Part shown: positions 21,244-33,974 of the stretch, one piece after another | Layout: each line of letters opens with the position of its first letter | Position numbering within the stretch: position 1 is the stretch's first letter | Source: Vicugna vicugna | Taxonomy: Eukaryota | Direction: 5' to 3' | Length of the DNA: 34,450 bases | NCBI GenBank assembly: GCA_013265495.1 | Contig: MU057809.1 | Coordinates: 2,059,041 to 2,093,490, forward strand | Notes under the pieces: model-generated | Told to the model about the DNA's origin: nothing | Database searches by the model: none | Seen by the model: the letters and a program-made list of their open reading frames with translations, nothing else | Translations under genes and position numbers: made by a program

Positions 21244-23028
21244 ATCCCATGTTCACTGAGATTTTGAGACCAGGGTTGCACTGGGCTCACTTTGAGAAAC
21301 AGTCTGATGGTGCCGGGGTTGGGGCACCGAGTGCTGGGATGGCCAGCTTCCCAGTAGCCCAGACAGGAGGGAGAACAGGCCGAGAGGACGTGCCCAGCGG
21401 GCAGCTGAGGAGGTGACTCAGAACCGGGAGTAGCGGAGCCAGAGGTGAGGGCTGGGGGCGATCCTTCAGAGACGAGGGGTGAGAGGGTGGTGGTGTAGCC
21501 TGCATATGGTGGGGCAGCGGTTAAGCAGAAAAAAATAAGGAATAGGATGTCTTGGCACGGAAAGGAAGAGGAGGAGGGCTCTTGAGAGAGAGGACTGGCC
21601 CCAGAAGCAGGAGCGGAGTGTGGAGCCACCGAGGCCACTTGAGGGAGTGGCTTGAGGCCCCTGTTGTTAAATACGTGGACTCCGGGGAGTGACAGGACTG
21701 CCGTGGCACCGTGGTGCTGCCTCAGATGGTGTTATGATGGGGAGGCTGGTGGGGGCGGGTGGCTAGAAGGTGCATCCAGCTTGAGGAAAGTGTAAGATGG
21801 ACAAAACAGGGAAGAAAGAAAACTGAAAGCAAAACAGATTATAGCCACTCTTGCCTCTAAAGATGTGGTATAATGTTTGTTACCGGGGAAATAAGTCTGT
21901 TTTTCTCTTCTGCCTTCAGAGATTGGTGGCGGAGGGGTCAGAGGGAAGGCGGCCATTCCAGCAGAGTGCCCGTTTCTTTGCTGCTGAAGGAAACAGAGTT
22001 TGAGGCTCTTTGTTCTCGAGGAAACAAGGAGGCAGCTTTGGATACGCAGATACGAGCGCAGAGCTGATTGGGTGGGACTGGTCTGGAAAAGGGGCCCCCA
22101 GAGTAGAACAGAGGCAGGTGTGCAGAGTCCTTAGGGAGGGCGAGGGCGGGGCCCTGGCTCTGTTGCCCTAACTGTCAGTGAAGTGTGTCACGCACGGAAA
22201 CACTTTGGACCAATGTTTTGGGCAGAATGGAGCAGAGAGAGGAAGAATTTAAGTCGTACCAAAAAGAAGGGGGGCCCTAAGTTCTGCTGGGTCAGCATGG
22301 ACTGCAGGACACAGGAGATCCAGCTGTGGGACAGTAGCTGTGAGCGGGAGCAAGTATGCCTCGCTGATGCGACCTTGAGGACCTGTCTCTCGGGGATTAG
22401 CAGCAAAATTGAGGAGGGATTTGGACTTCCCACAGTACGTGGGCGAGGATGGCAGAGGCACTTGTATTGCGGTGTCCAAGGACAGAGTCACCTTTGCTGT
22501 CACCTGGATGTCACGGGGGATCTCCTCATGTTTGTACAGGCAAGGGGAAGGCACCCAGTGGAGGCAGAGAGGCTGCCACTTCTGCAGAGAGGTGGCATGT
22601 GCCGGAGAAGTTGTGAGAGAGTCAGTGTGATAAGGATTCCATAAGAGATTGTTTTTTTTTAAGCAATCGAGGGTCTGAATAGGGTTAGCTGGCGTTGTAG
22701 CGAAGCAGTCGGCGGAGCTGCCTAGTGTGGTAGGAGGACGAGGGAAGGACAGCAGGGCACAGCGTGCAGGTCCGGGCACTAGCGTGGTGGGCGTGGCTGG
22801 GCTTCTCCCGGGGGGTTCTTGGGCATGTGTGAGGTTGTGTTGTGGGCCCAGACACAACTAAGTCCTGATGCAAACTCTGCTCCTGGACCTAGGAAAGAAG
22901 GGATGGTTGAGAATTTAGCAGTCACGCTGATGCCAGAGACCGAGAAGTGATGGAGTAGAGGAAGAAGGTGGCCAGGACTGAGGGTCAGAGGTGGGTTAGA
23001 GGGTTTGAGATTTTCAGCATCTGCTGCT

Positions 23029-23560
23029 TGTATTAGAGCTCTCCAGGGAAACAGAACCGATGGGATGTAACAGTGGGAGAGGGAGAGGCAGAGACAGAGA
23101 GACAGAGGCAGAGACCGAGACAGAAGAGGAGGAGGAGGAGAGAGATGTGAACATGGAGGCAGAGAAGTCCCACACTCTGCCATCTGCGGGCCGGAGTCCC
23201 AGGAGAGCCGGTGGTGTATCTTGAGAGTCTGCCAGCCTCCAGGCCTATGGTATAGATTCCAGTCTGAGTCTTAAGGCCTGAGACCCAGGAGTGCAGAGGA
23301 CAGAGGATCAGCATCCCAGCTCTGCAGTCAGGTGGGGCGGGGGGCGAATCCAACCCTCCTCTTCCTTTTTGTTCTGTTCAGGCTCTCCAGGGGCTGGATG
23401 ACCTCCACCCACAGTGAGAAGGGCCGTCTTTACTCAGTCTACCGGTTCAATTGCTAATCTCTTCCCCAAAGACCCTCACAGACACACCCAGAAACAGCGT
23501 TTAGCCAGCTGTCTGGGCATCCTTTGGCCCCATCAAGGTGACACATGAAATTAACCATCA
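23029..23560 (-). mobile_element. MLT2B-type solo LTR (copy 2, within duplication)
   Basis: Duplicate of 19273-19804 with one substitution (23065). Confidence 0.93.
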
Positions 23561-24844
23561 GGCTCCTCCATGACCTTCCTTGAATGGTCACCTAGCTTTC
23601 CATGTCTGCACACCTGTTCTCCACATCCCAGTTATGCATGAGCTCCTCCAGGGGTCCTGTCTTCTCCTCTGTGTTCTCTGTAGCTGACACAGTGCATTCC
23701 ATGTACTAAATGTTCAATAAAAATGTGTTGGATGGTTCATTGATCCAATAAACTTATGTCTATGCCAATATACAGTTGCTCTTGAAAAGCTGTGGGTAGA
23801 TCAATTCTTGGTAAATTGAATCCTATTTCAGGTGTACCACGGATCTTCAGCGTTTTGAGGAACCCTAGGTCAGTCTTTTGGGAACCCAGAGTCCTGTACT
23901 CTGTTATTCTCACTTTATAGATAAGGAAGCTGATTTGCAGAGAAATTAAGTGACTTGTTGCAATCTGATTTGCTGGCCAAATATAAGGTTCCGTAAAGCT
24001 AAGTATACATATTATTTAGGTAGAGAGTGACTTGGTGAAAAGTCTAACTGGGGTTTATAGCATTGGATTAATAACATCATATTTCCAGCAGTACTTATCT
24101 TTAGCCCACAGAGCCTTAGCAGATTTAGGTTAGATCATTATTTCAGGACGACACTAATGAGTAAAGTCCATCCTGAACAGTTTTGCATTTTATGGCAGGT
24201 TAATAAATAAAAACAAAGAACAAAGGAACATTCAGACAGGAAAAGCCTCTGGCCGAGAAAGTGCGCTCGCTCGTGAATGACCCCTTACTCAAAGCACGGA
24301 GTTCTTCTTGGGCGACCTGCGTGAGGAGAGAGAGCGTGCTGGGCAGGTTCCACGGCTGGGGTCCTGGGGGTGCTCCTGGATTCGTTGCTGAGGTGAGGAA
24401 AGTCTTCTCAGCCATGACTTAACACCAAGTGTGAGAAAGATGTTGAAAAAGATTTAATGGAACCTTTTGGACACCTCACTGGTGATTGAATTAGTCATTT
24501 TCAGTTGATCGGGGCTTATCAACATCTGGATCGGGCTGATTTCATTTCTTCTTGCTGTGTTCTAGAGTAAAGTAATTTATTAGATGAGGGAAACTTGAGA
24601 CAAAAGCCAGCTACTTTGGGTCATGACTGTGGGTGATCCAGCAAAGAAGTAAAAGAGCCAAAGTGTGCATTTGGTTTGCTCTCCTGTCTCCGTGGTCCTT
24701 TTCACAGGGCGCCTGCCTGTCAGAAGTGATTTTGAAGTTGTCATTTACTACAAAAGGAGCTGCCTTTTCATTTGGGACTTTAGTTTCCTGACATGGAACA
24801 GTGAGTCGGACATGAAGGGCAGGAGTTAATTTGTACTGATATTA

Positions 24845-25020
24845 GTTAACAGCTGTTGTACGGATACCAACGCGTTTAATATTCACAACAATGCGGGCAG
24901 GATTATGACCCCCATCCTGCAGATCCTGGGACTCAGAGGGGCAAACAGACTTGCTCACACAGTCAGTGTGGCCCTGGGCCACCAGGGCCTGGACTCTTCT
25001 TGGCCATCACCACCGTCTCC
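24845..25020 (-). mobile_element. MIR
   Basis: TTTAATATTCACAACAA...ATTATGACCCCCATCCTGCAGAT...ACTCAGAGGGG...GACTTGCTCA. Confidence 0.7.
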
Positions 25021-25958
25021 ACAGCCGGAACGTCTCCTTCCGGTTCTTACAGGTGTTAACTAGCGCCGGCTGTGGTGACCACTCTTCTTGGAAGACCATG
25101 TGATGTTATTCGCATGATGAGCCCTTGAATAGCTGTGCTATTTGAGTAATACGGAAAGTGTGGATAAATCGAATCTTTAGCTTCTCCAAATTCTCAGTCT
25201 TTGTGCTGATCAGAGTCTCCACTTTTCTGGAAGTATATGCTTCTTGATTTAATTATGTGGTGCTGTGCTGGGATACACACAAAAGTGACAGTGAGTGGAA
25301 AGGCTGACTTCATGTTGGCAGAAGTATAAATACATCTTGGGGCGGAGGGGAAACGAGCCGCGCGTGGGCTGACTCAGGTGCCGGCCGGAGCTGACCTGTG
25401 TGGCTTGCAGCAGGGAGAGGTTCTGCTTCGGGGGGACCTGACCAGTTCTCCACCTGTCTGAGTACTCCTGGGTGAAGCTGAACTTTAGCAGATTTGAAGC
25501 AGAAACATACAGTCTTTCTGAATTCTAGTTGGTTCAACCTTTTAAAAAATGAGTAGATTTAGACTTTTCATCTTCTCTGTTTTCGTTTCCTTTGCCTTTC
25601 TTTTGATTGAAGTGTGAATGAATAATGCTAAAGACAAAACACAACAGAGAAGGCAGATTACGGGAAAATTGGAAAATCAAACTCTGTGGAACAAAGACTT
25701 ACTCTTTTTAAATTACGTAACAAATTTAACGAAATTTAATGAAGCAAATAAACAAATTTAATGAAGAAGTGAATTGACTATTTAAAATATTCTGTTTAGC
25801 TCCTAAAAAATGAATACTAATAAGTTTGAAATCACTAAGTCACAGTGATTTCTTGCTTTAGGCAACAGAGTTCTATTAATTAAAACGGGAAGTCTGAACA
25901 TACTTAGGGGAAGATTGCTCATGCCAGATAACCGTGCATGGTTATCTTCAGTTCCCTT

Positions 25959-26133
25959 AAATGGTTCTCAGCCTTAGCGGCACAATGAAATCACAAGGGA
26001 AGCTTGAAAATATTGATACCTGGGCCCCAGCCCCAGACATTCAGATTTAATTGGTCTGCGGGGTGGCCTGGGTTTTAGCATTTTTTAAAACTCTCCAGAG
26101 ATTCTCGTGTGCTTCCAAAGCTAAGAACCACAG
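25959..26133. mobile_element. MER5A-type hAT-Charlie MITE
   Basis: Terminal inverted repeats (AA)ATGGTTCTCAG...CTAAGAACCACAG, with internal GAAATCAC..GGGGAGCTT, CCTGGGCCCCAGCCCCAGA and GATTTAATTGGTCTG. Confidence 0.9.
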
Positions 26134-26904
26134 CTATAATCATTCCGTAGTCACATCTGCTTGTTTTTCAAAAGGTAGGTCGGAGTATTTTCACGTTTTA
26201 CCTTTGGAGCTGTAAAACCCCGAGCAGGCGGCTCAGGCCGACTTACAGGCAGTTCAGTGCTGCCCTTTATCCTCGAAGCCTTTGTGCTTTAGACGGCAGT
26301 TGCTGTAAAGATTTCCCTTCTCCTTTGCAGCGTCATAATACTGAGTGCCAGGACCTGAGTTTTTGAAACCTCCCAATAGACCCTTTTTAAACGGTTCTGA
26401 GCCTGCAGGGCATGGCAGGACCTGGCTGTTAATTCCACACTTTCATCTGACTGACATGGGGAGGATCACTGGCCACCTAGGGGAGGCCTGGCCGTTATTA
26501 ATTCCTTTCTGGACATCCTTTATGTGCTTGCCCAGGGGCCTTGGCATTGGGCATGTTGTGAAAGTCATAAAGCTAAAGTATTTTGCACTGACTGCTCGTA
26601 CTGACATTCAGAAAAACAAATCACAGCAATGGCTGGCGCTTCCTCCTTCGAAAGAGCATGCGCTGAATGACTTTCCGGTGTCTGTTTCTTGGTGGAATTT
26701 GCTCTGGGCCTACTCTGCCCTGCTGGGTGAAAAAGGGTTAATGAGCATGCTGGGGCCACAGCTGTTGGAAGCTGTTGGTGATCTTTGCACACGGACCTGT
26801 TGGGATGTAGTTATATTGATGGCTTTTTTTTTTTGTATTTCAAACATGAAACTCATTTTTTTAAATGTTTGCAAAATTTGTGCAAAGAGAGGAAAATCTT
26901 TAAA

Positions 26905-27030
26905 TGGGTGATTCTCAAACTTTAGTAAGCATATCAGATGGGATTTAGTAAGCCTAGGATGGGGTCCAAAGTTTGAAAAGCACCGATTTAAATAAATTTC
27001 CCTCCAAGCTATTTTTCTTAGATGCCCTGA
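26905..27030. mobile_element. Possible MER5-family remnant
   Basis: GTGATTCTCAAACTTTAGTAAGCATATCAGA...GATTTAGTAAGCCTAGGATGGGGTCCAA. Confidence 0.5.
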
Positions 27031-28849
27031 CATAGATCACAAACAAGTCTATTGATGGTTTCATGCAGAAACAAATGAATGTATTTTTACCATTTGTGGA
27101 AATTACAGTTTTGAAACTGGGAAGGCCTGTGTATTATTGTCGACTCTATTTTTGGAAGTAATGGTGGAAGTATTTCAACCTGATTACTGCCTGTGGAGTG
27201 AGGAATTTCTTAGTATTTGACTGACCACCTGCTGATACTTTATTTCCTTAGAGCTCCTTAAGTCATTATGAGAATCACCCAACAGTTTGAAATCAAAATG
27301 ATGTCTTACTGTAAAATGTCAGCTATCTGTCATAAAAAGATTGCATGCCATTTTGAATATAATTGCCAGACCCCTTACATGCAGACGTTTCAGAACACAG
27401 AATCCTTGCAAAATTAGGAGGCGCACCCAAGATTCAAGCCTTGCAGATCTGAGGAAACTGTCGTCTCTTTTTAGGGCTTTTAATAGTCCGAGTAATTGTA
27501 ACTCCGCTCACTGCCCTTTTCTTCCTTCCTACCTCGTGGTCATGCTTGTGACATTTTAATGATGCTGTTTGTGTGTGGCTGTTGATGATTCTGCCCAGTG
27601 AAGCTTATTTATTTATTTTTCCCTAAGCTGGGGTTTTATCCTGTTTGCTTATCTTGGTGTTCTGATTCCTTTCTGAGCCGCAAGCAGACATTCCTTTCCA
27701 GGCCATTGTGTGGTGCACAGCAGGCTGCTGGAGCTGGGGGGCTCCTGCTGTGGAAGCCCTGTTTAGGTAAATGTCACTGCTCTTAGACAAAAAAGAACTT
27801 GGCTAAGTCGCAACTTCAGAAGCAGCTGAGATGGCCCCATCTTAAACGTTTTATCTGGCAATTTGAAAGCATATGTTTACTGTATGCTTTTGGAACACTG
27901 GCTGGTTTGGCCCAGGGTTTTTTAACTCATTGCTTATCAGTATACTTGGGGTGGAGGTGAAAAGTAGCCCGGGGGGATGAGTAATCCAGAGTTGGTGCCC
28001 TCCCGCCCCTCTTCCCCCCACAGGCAGGCGGGGAGTGGAGGCAGGCAGCGGGGAGAGAGCTCATCCCAGCACGGTCGCTGCACCCGGAAAGCGGCCTTGC
28101 AGCTGGAGCCTGACGGGGTGCCCAGGAGCGTCCCGTCTCCGCCTTGCTGCTGCGGAGAGCAGTGGGGTTGATCCAGCGTCTGTGACCGGGGCTCTGGGGC
28201 TCGGTACATTCTGGGAAGTCTAACTCATCTTAAGGCCTCTTTCTTGACATTAAGAACATACTTGTGCAGTAATGCTTCTTTCTCCGCGCCTCTGGGCTTT
28301 TGAAAGGGGCATCTGCCTTCACTTATTTCTGCCTGGCAGTCGCTGCCCCGGGGCCTCCCTTTCAAGTGCAGAGGACGTGGGGACAGTGTAGACCATCTGC
28401 ATAGGCCACCTCTTCTTTTGCCTCTCAGTCCTGGGGCTGGCACCTGCTCCCGGTGGGCAGTGACCGTGAGTCTGCCGCCCCTCTCCTTGAATCTTTCTTT
28501 ATACTCACAGACCTTGGTGGCTCTGGAAGTACTCAGCTGACTTTTGTATAATCCTGCTTGTTTGGAACATGATTATTTTGAAGAAAGCTTTGAAAACACC
28601 TTCCCACGATAGTTTTCCTTCTAATTCTTCAATTGCATTCATCAGCATCGCCCAAGACCTGGTCTCCCTGTCCACAGGGCAGAGTCTTTTCGCTTTCATG
28701 AATGTATGTCCGAACTTAAGCTGACTGTCCTTCCATCCTTCTCTTGTTGTCCTCTCTTGTGTCCCCTCCAGTTTGTCTCCCCTTCCTCCTGCTCACTGGC
28801 CGCTGCTGACACCCACAGACAGAAGTGGCTCTTTTCAAGAGGACCTAAG

Positions 28850-29005
28850 CACAGGGGGTGGGAGCATAAACTTTGCTCGAGGTTCCTTGGGCACAAGTCC
28901 TGGCTCTGCCGCTTCCCAGCTGTGTACCTGGAGCACATCCTTGCCCCCTCTGTGCCTCGATTTTGTCATCTGCAAAATAGTGAGAATAATAGCACTTAAC
29001 AGGCT
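28850..29005 (+). mobile_element. MIR
   Basis: CAAGTCCTGGCTCTGCCGCTTCCCAGCTGTGTACCTGG...CTCTGTGCCTCGATTTTGTCATCTGCAAAATAG..GAATAATAGCAC. Confidence 0.88.
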
Positions 29006-29042
29006 TAGCAAAAATCATTATTATTACTTCTTAAATGTACTA

Positions 29043-29813
29043 CTTTAACAGCTTTATTGAGATAAAATTTAAGGCCATAAAATCCACTTGTTTGAAGTGT
29101 AAATGCAAAGTGTTAGTATGTTTGTGGACTTGTGCAACCACCACCACAATCTAATTTTTTACCTCCCCGATAAACCTTGTACCTACTAGCCATCTCCTGC
29201 CTCCCCTTCGCCTCCCTGCCCTGCCTACCTGTCCCCAGGTCACCACTAATCTGCTTTGTCTGTATAGATCTGCCTTATTCTGGACATTCGTATAATCACA
29301 GAACACGTGATTCTTTGTGACCAGCCACTCTCACTTAGCGTGGTGTTTTTAAGTGTCCATGGTGTCCGTGTAGCAGCAGGTATCCGGTTTTTGCCTTTTT
29401 AATGCTGAGTAATGTTACACTATTTGTCCATCCACGTGTTGTTTATCCATCCATCACTTGATAGACATTTGTGTTGTTTCAATTTTTTGACTGTTATGAT
29501 TGATGCTATTCTACGTATTTGTGTGCAAGTTTTAACGTGGACATATGTTTTTATTTCTCTTGGACATATACCGTGGTCACATGGTAACTGTGTTTAACAT
29601 TGTGAGGAACGGACAGGCTGTTTCCACTTTATGTTCCCACCAGCAATGTATGAGGTTCCAGGGTCCCCATATCCTTGCCAACACTTGTTCTTACTTGTCT
29701 TTTTGATTATAGCCATTGCAGTGGGTGGCCTGGAACAGGTCTTCTCATTATGATTCTGATTTTCATTTTCCTAATGACTGTTGCTGCTGAACATGTTTCA
29801 TGTGCTTATTAGC
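29043..29813 (-). mobile_element. L1MB-type 3' end (about 770 bp)
   Basis: TTTAACAGCTTTATTGAGATAAAATTT...TTGTGCAACCACCACCACAATCTAATTTT...CACCACTAATCTGCTTTGTC...CCCACCAGCAATGTATGAGGTTCC...CATATCCTTGCCAACACTTG. Confidence 0.92.
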
Positions 29814-30644
29814 TTAAATAAACTGTTGAGTGTAAGGCCAAGTTCTTACTGTTACAGAGATAACACAGCTATTAGAAATGTCAGTTCTTGCTTTTATAAA
29901 GTTTGCAACCATGGCGAGAGAGGAGTTTTTAAGTCAAGAATACTTAACGAATGATACGTGATTCTCATTAACAGTAAGAAAATGTAATTTGAGATAAAAC
30001 AAAGTCATCTTTGCTTTAGAGTTTAGAATTTCATCGTTTCCTAATAGGTTTATGTGTAGAGAGATCATTTTGTTTGATTTCATCTGTACTTGCTTTAGTT
30101 TGAAAAACTGGTGGTTAGTAAAAAAACTGGTGTAACACGGAAAATACCTTTTTTGCCACCACAGTGAGTTACAATTTGTTCTCAGCAACTCGCAGAAGAT
30201 TGGAGTCAGATGCAGCCAATTTTCTCCCAGTTGTGTTTTGTTTTGTTTGTTTTTTCATCTTGCCTGAATGATGTAAGCTTTCAATCAGCTACATAATAGT
30301 GGTTTTTCTGTAGGATAGGTGAGCTTATGTAATTTGCGTTATGGGAAATTGTATATACTCATTTTGATACCTCAGTTGGCCCTGTGCACTGGACGCTCCC
30401 TGCAGGAAGCAACTGGCTACGGCACTGATGATCTTTGACTGCTGTTGTGTGAATGCTTTCCTGCACGTAGCTTCGTCTGGGGTGAGGGGCATGTTTGTGT
30501 GTACATTTTATGGATTTTGAAACAGAAACATGAGCCACTCTGCCTGATGTAAAGCTTGCCAGCCCTAAGGTTGACGTTTAATCATGCAACTATATTTCTA
30601 TCCACTTTTGGTTTCCATTGGAACCAGAAGGGCAGTGAGCCAAC

Positions 30645-30885
30645 TGTATGGTGGTGGAATTAGTTAGGGACAGTGGTATTTGACTTTAACCGTACCAATT
30701 ACTATGTGATCTAGACTGAGTTACCTAACCACATTCTGTCTCAGTTTTTTTCACCTGTATAATGGGCGTTTAAAAATATGACCCATCTGATGGGGTTGTT
30801 GTGGGGATATCTGAGATATTATTTGTTCAGACATTCCTTCCTTGGTACGCAGTAGATGCTCTGTCATTGTCAGGTAGGTAGTAGT
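30645..30885 (+). mobile_element. MIR
   Basis: TTACTATGTGATCT...AGTTACCTAACC...TCTGTCTCAGTTTTTTTCACCTGTATAATGGG...GGGTTGTTGTGGGGAT...TTGGTACGCAGTAGATGCTC. Confidence 0.85.
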
Positions 30886-31147
30886 ACTGGCAGTATGAAT
30901 AGAAGCTATCACCTTGTTGACTCCATGTGATTGGGAAGTAAGACGCGTAAAGGGTTAAACAGCAATGGGAGAACTGGAAATTCAAGAGCTCTAGGCAATC
31001 TCATTAGCATGGCAGTGCAGGAGGGTGTGCCTTAGAGTGCTGGTGACCCCCAGAGTGGCCATCAGTCATTGCCTTAAAGCAGTTAGAGGCAGTAACTGAG
31101 AAAGAATTGTCTCTATTTCTGAGATGATGGATAGATGGCTGCCTTAA

Positions 31148-32010
31148 GGACTTTTGAGGTAAAATGTATAAATTCACACATATTAAGTGTACAATTTGGT
31201 GAGTCTTGACAGATGTATAACCTCATGCCACCACCACCTCAGTCTGGAACTGGAACGTTTCTGTCACCATATCAAATTTCCTTAGGTCCATTCCAGTCAG
31301 TCTCCATCCCTGGAAGCAACCATTTTTCTGATTTCTTTGCACATAGATTGATTTTTACCTGTGCTTAAATTTCATAGTAAGAGAATCATATAATATGGGC
31401 AATTTTGTGTCTGGCTTCTTTCACCCAGCATAATGTCTGAAACTCCTCCACGGTGTTGACTTTACCAATTTGTTCGTTTTCGGTGATGTGCATCTCTGTT
31501 GTTTCCAGTTTAGGGTGTTATAATTAACCTTACTGTGACTGTCCATGTAAAATTACTCATGTGGACATTTGCTTTCTTTTCTCTTGAATAAATATCTAGA
31601 CCTGGAATCTCTGGGTCATTGAGGTGTTTACTTTTGTAAGAAATTGCCAAACCTTCTTCCCAGGTGGCTGTGCTGGTTTTGCACTCTGACCAGTGAGGAG
31701 GGGGAGGGTTGCAGTTGTGACACATCTGTCCACGTTTGGTGTCTGTCTTTTCAGTTTGGCCATTATAGTTCCTACTGTCGGATGACATTACACACTTTCC
31801 TGTCTGCTCGTTAGCTATTCGTATTTCTTCCTCTGTGAAGTGCGTTTCAAGTCTTTTGTTCATTTTATTTATACCTTTTCATCTTATCATTGAGTAGTAG
31901 GCATTCCTTATATAATCTGGCTGTAAGTCTCTTCATGTATGTCACCAGAATATTTCCTCTTACTTTGTGCTTTCATAGTAATTATCTTAACAGAGGATTT
32001 GTTTTAATCA
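31148..32010 (-). mobile_element. L1MD/L1ME-type 3' end
   Basis: TTTTGAGGTAAAATGTA...TTAAGTGTACAATTTGGTGAGTCTTGACAGATGTATA...TTTTGTGTCTGGCTTCTTTCAC..AGCATAATGTC...TTTGTAAGAAATTGCCAAACC. Confidence 0.88.
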
Positions 32011-32011
32011 A

Positions 32012-33350
32012 TTTTTTTGATTTTGAGGTAATTATAGATTCACATGGAGTTCTTACACATCATACAGAGAGGAGCTGGGGGCCCTGTACCGTTGACTCAG
32101 GAGTAATATGTTGCAGAGTTATTGTTCTCTGTTACAGCCGGGTTCTGACGCCGATGCCACCAAGACAGAACATTTACATCATGACAAAGGTCCCTCATGT
32201 TGCCCTTTCATTGCCAAATCCCTGACCCTGGGAACCACTAATTTGTTTTCCCTTTGTATAGTTTTGTCATTTCAAGATTGTTGTATAAATGGATCATATG
32301 TGACCGCTGGGGATTAGATTATTTTCATTTGGCAGAATTCTCTGGGATTCATCCAGGTTGTGGTGCGTATGCATAGTGTGTTCCTTTTTATTACCAAGTA
32401 GTGTGCCAGGACAGACGACGGTTTGCAAAACCGTTCACTTTTTGAAGAACGTCTGGATGGTATCCAGTTTTTGGCTGTTATCACTAGACTGCTGTTAACA
32501 TCTCGTACAGGTTTTTGTGTGACTGTCTTCATTTCTTTGGAATGAACGCTCAAGAGTGCAGTTACTGGGTTACACGGTAGTTATACGTTTAATTTTTAGC
32601 AGAAACCGCCAAATTGTTTTCTGGAGTGGCTGTATTACTTTGTTTCTACAGCAATGGTTGAGTGAGTCAGTTTTTTTTTTTTTTTACATCATCAGCATTT
32701 AGTGTTGTCACAGTTTTTGAATTTAGCTGTTTTGACAGATGTGTACTGATAACTCACTGTGGTTTCAGTTTGCATTTTTCTGATGGTTAATGATGTTGAA
32801 TTTCTTCACGTGCATGCTTGTCATCTGTAGACCCTCTTCAGTGAAATATCTGTTCATATCTTTTGCCCAGTTTCTATTTGGATTGTTTGTTTTGTACTGT
32901 TGACTTTTTAGGGTTCTTTATATGTGTTAGATACTAGTCCTTTTTCATGTACATGGTTTGGACATATTTTCTCCTACGGTGTGCACATGTTTTCATCCTC
33001 TGCACAGGGACTTTTGCAGAATGAAAGTTTTCAATTTTCATAAGGTTCAATTTGTCTTTTTTTTTTCTTTTCTGTGTTGTGCTTTTGGTGTCATGTGTAA
33101 GACTCTCTGCCTAACTCTAGATTTTAAAGATTTTGTCCTTTAAAGAGTTTTATAGTTTTACACCTAAATTCATGATCCATTTTGAGTTAATTTTTACTGT
33201 AACATGTGAAGGTTGAGTAGAGGTTCATCTTTTTGTCTCTGGATGTTTAGTTTCTCCATCACCACTTGTTTAAAGGTTCCAGTTTCAGTTGCTCCATGGA
33301 ATTTATTTTTCACCTTTGTCAAAAACCGGTTGGCTGTGCTTTGTGCTCGG
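32012..33350 (-). mobile_element. L1MC1-like 3' end plus ORF2 tail remnant
   Basis: TTTTGAGGTAATTATAGATTCACATG...ATACAGAGAG...ACAGAACATTT.CATCA..ACAAAGGTCCCTCATGTTGCCCTTT is characteristic of L1MC1. It continues to ATGATCCATTTTGAGTTAATTTTT and CACCTTTGTCAAAAA. Confidence 0.9.
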
Positions 33351-33359
33351 CTTTTCCTA

Positions 33360-33615
33360 GGTCCTCCTGCCATTCCTGGGACACACCAGGCTCACTCGCA
33401 CGTCAAGCCTTTGTTCTCGCTTTTCCTGCTGCCTGGAATGCTCTCTGTTGCCAAGTGCGTGACTCCCTTCCTTAGCTCCTTCTGATCCTCACCCAGTGCC
33501 ACCTTCACCATGAAAGCTCCCTTATCTTCCTTGTAAAACTGCAGCCTCTTCCTCCAATTCTCTCCTCTCATATTTTTTCTATAGCATTTCTTATTTTTTC
33601 TTATTATTCCATATA
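33360..33615 (+). mobile_element. L2a 3' region
   Basis: CTCCTGCCATTCCTGGGACACACCAGGC...GCCTTTG...CTGCCTGGAATGCTCT...TATTTTTTCTATAGCATTT. Confidence 0.8.
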
Positions 33616-33974
33616 TGTGATCCTGGAAAATTCCTATGTTCTGTAAAATTGTACACTAATATAACAGAACCCAGGAGATCACCCAAAACCTATTGAACAT
33701 TGCAGCCAGGACACTCAGGCAAAATAATGTTCCTAGTAACTTTCTTCATCAATTGGCTATTTTGATAAAAAGGAAGAAGCTGCCCAAGTTTATTTATCTG
33801 CACTTGCAGCTTCTCTGAATAGTGTGAAGTAGTGAGAGGCGAGGGGGTGTGCAGCAGCCATTGTGCACGCTAAACTAAGGAAAGCACTTCTTTAATTTTA
33901 GGGTAGTCTTGTTTATTGTTACTGTTGTTGCTAATTGTTTCCGTATAGTTTGAAGCCTTACTCTTTAGTAAGTG

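Larger units (their letters stand above)
20325..24079 (+). repeat. Tandem duplication, copy 2 (3755 bp)
   Basis: Direct head-to-tail copy of 16569-20323. Differences seen at 16817C/20573G, 16828C/20584T, 16860G/20616A, 18035G/21791T and 19309C/23065A. No indels seen. Confidence 0.98.

Noticed and set aside
19273..23560. Two near-identical MLT2 LTRs 3.76 kb apart as a young provirus
   Set aside because: Identity extends far beyond the LTRs on both sides, the intervening DNA has no gag/pol or PBS, and MLT2 is ancient. It is one solo LTR caught in the duplication.
25718..25768. Short repeats AAATTTAA(C/T)GAA x3
   Set aside because: AT-rich slippage-type micro-duplication with no spacer structure. 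It is not CRISPR-like and the context is eukaryotic.
28505..28720. Segment open on both strands with splice-like signals at ~28503-28510
   Set aside because: No matching second splice site and no recognisable peptide on either strand.
270..33485. All ORFs in the supplied track as protein-coding genes
   Set aside because: They are short (60-202 aa), many use non-ATG starts, they overlap on both strands, many lie in decayed repeats, and none resembles a protein I recognise (apart from the tentative motif at 15578-15650).
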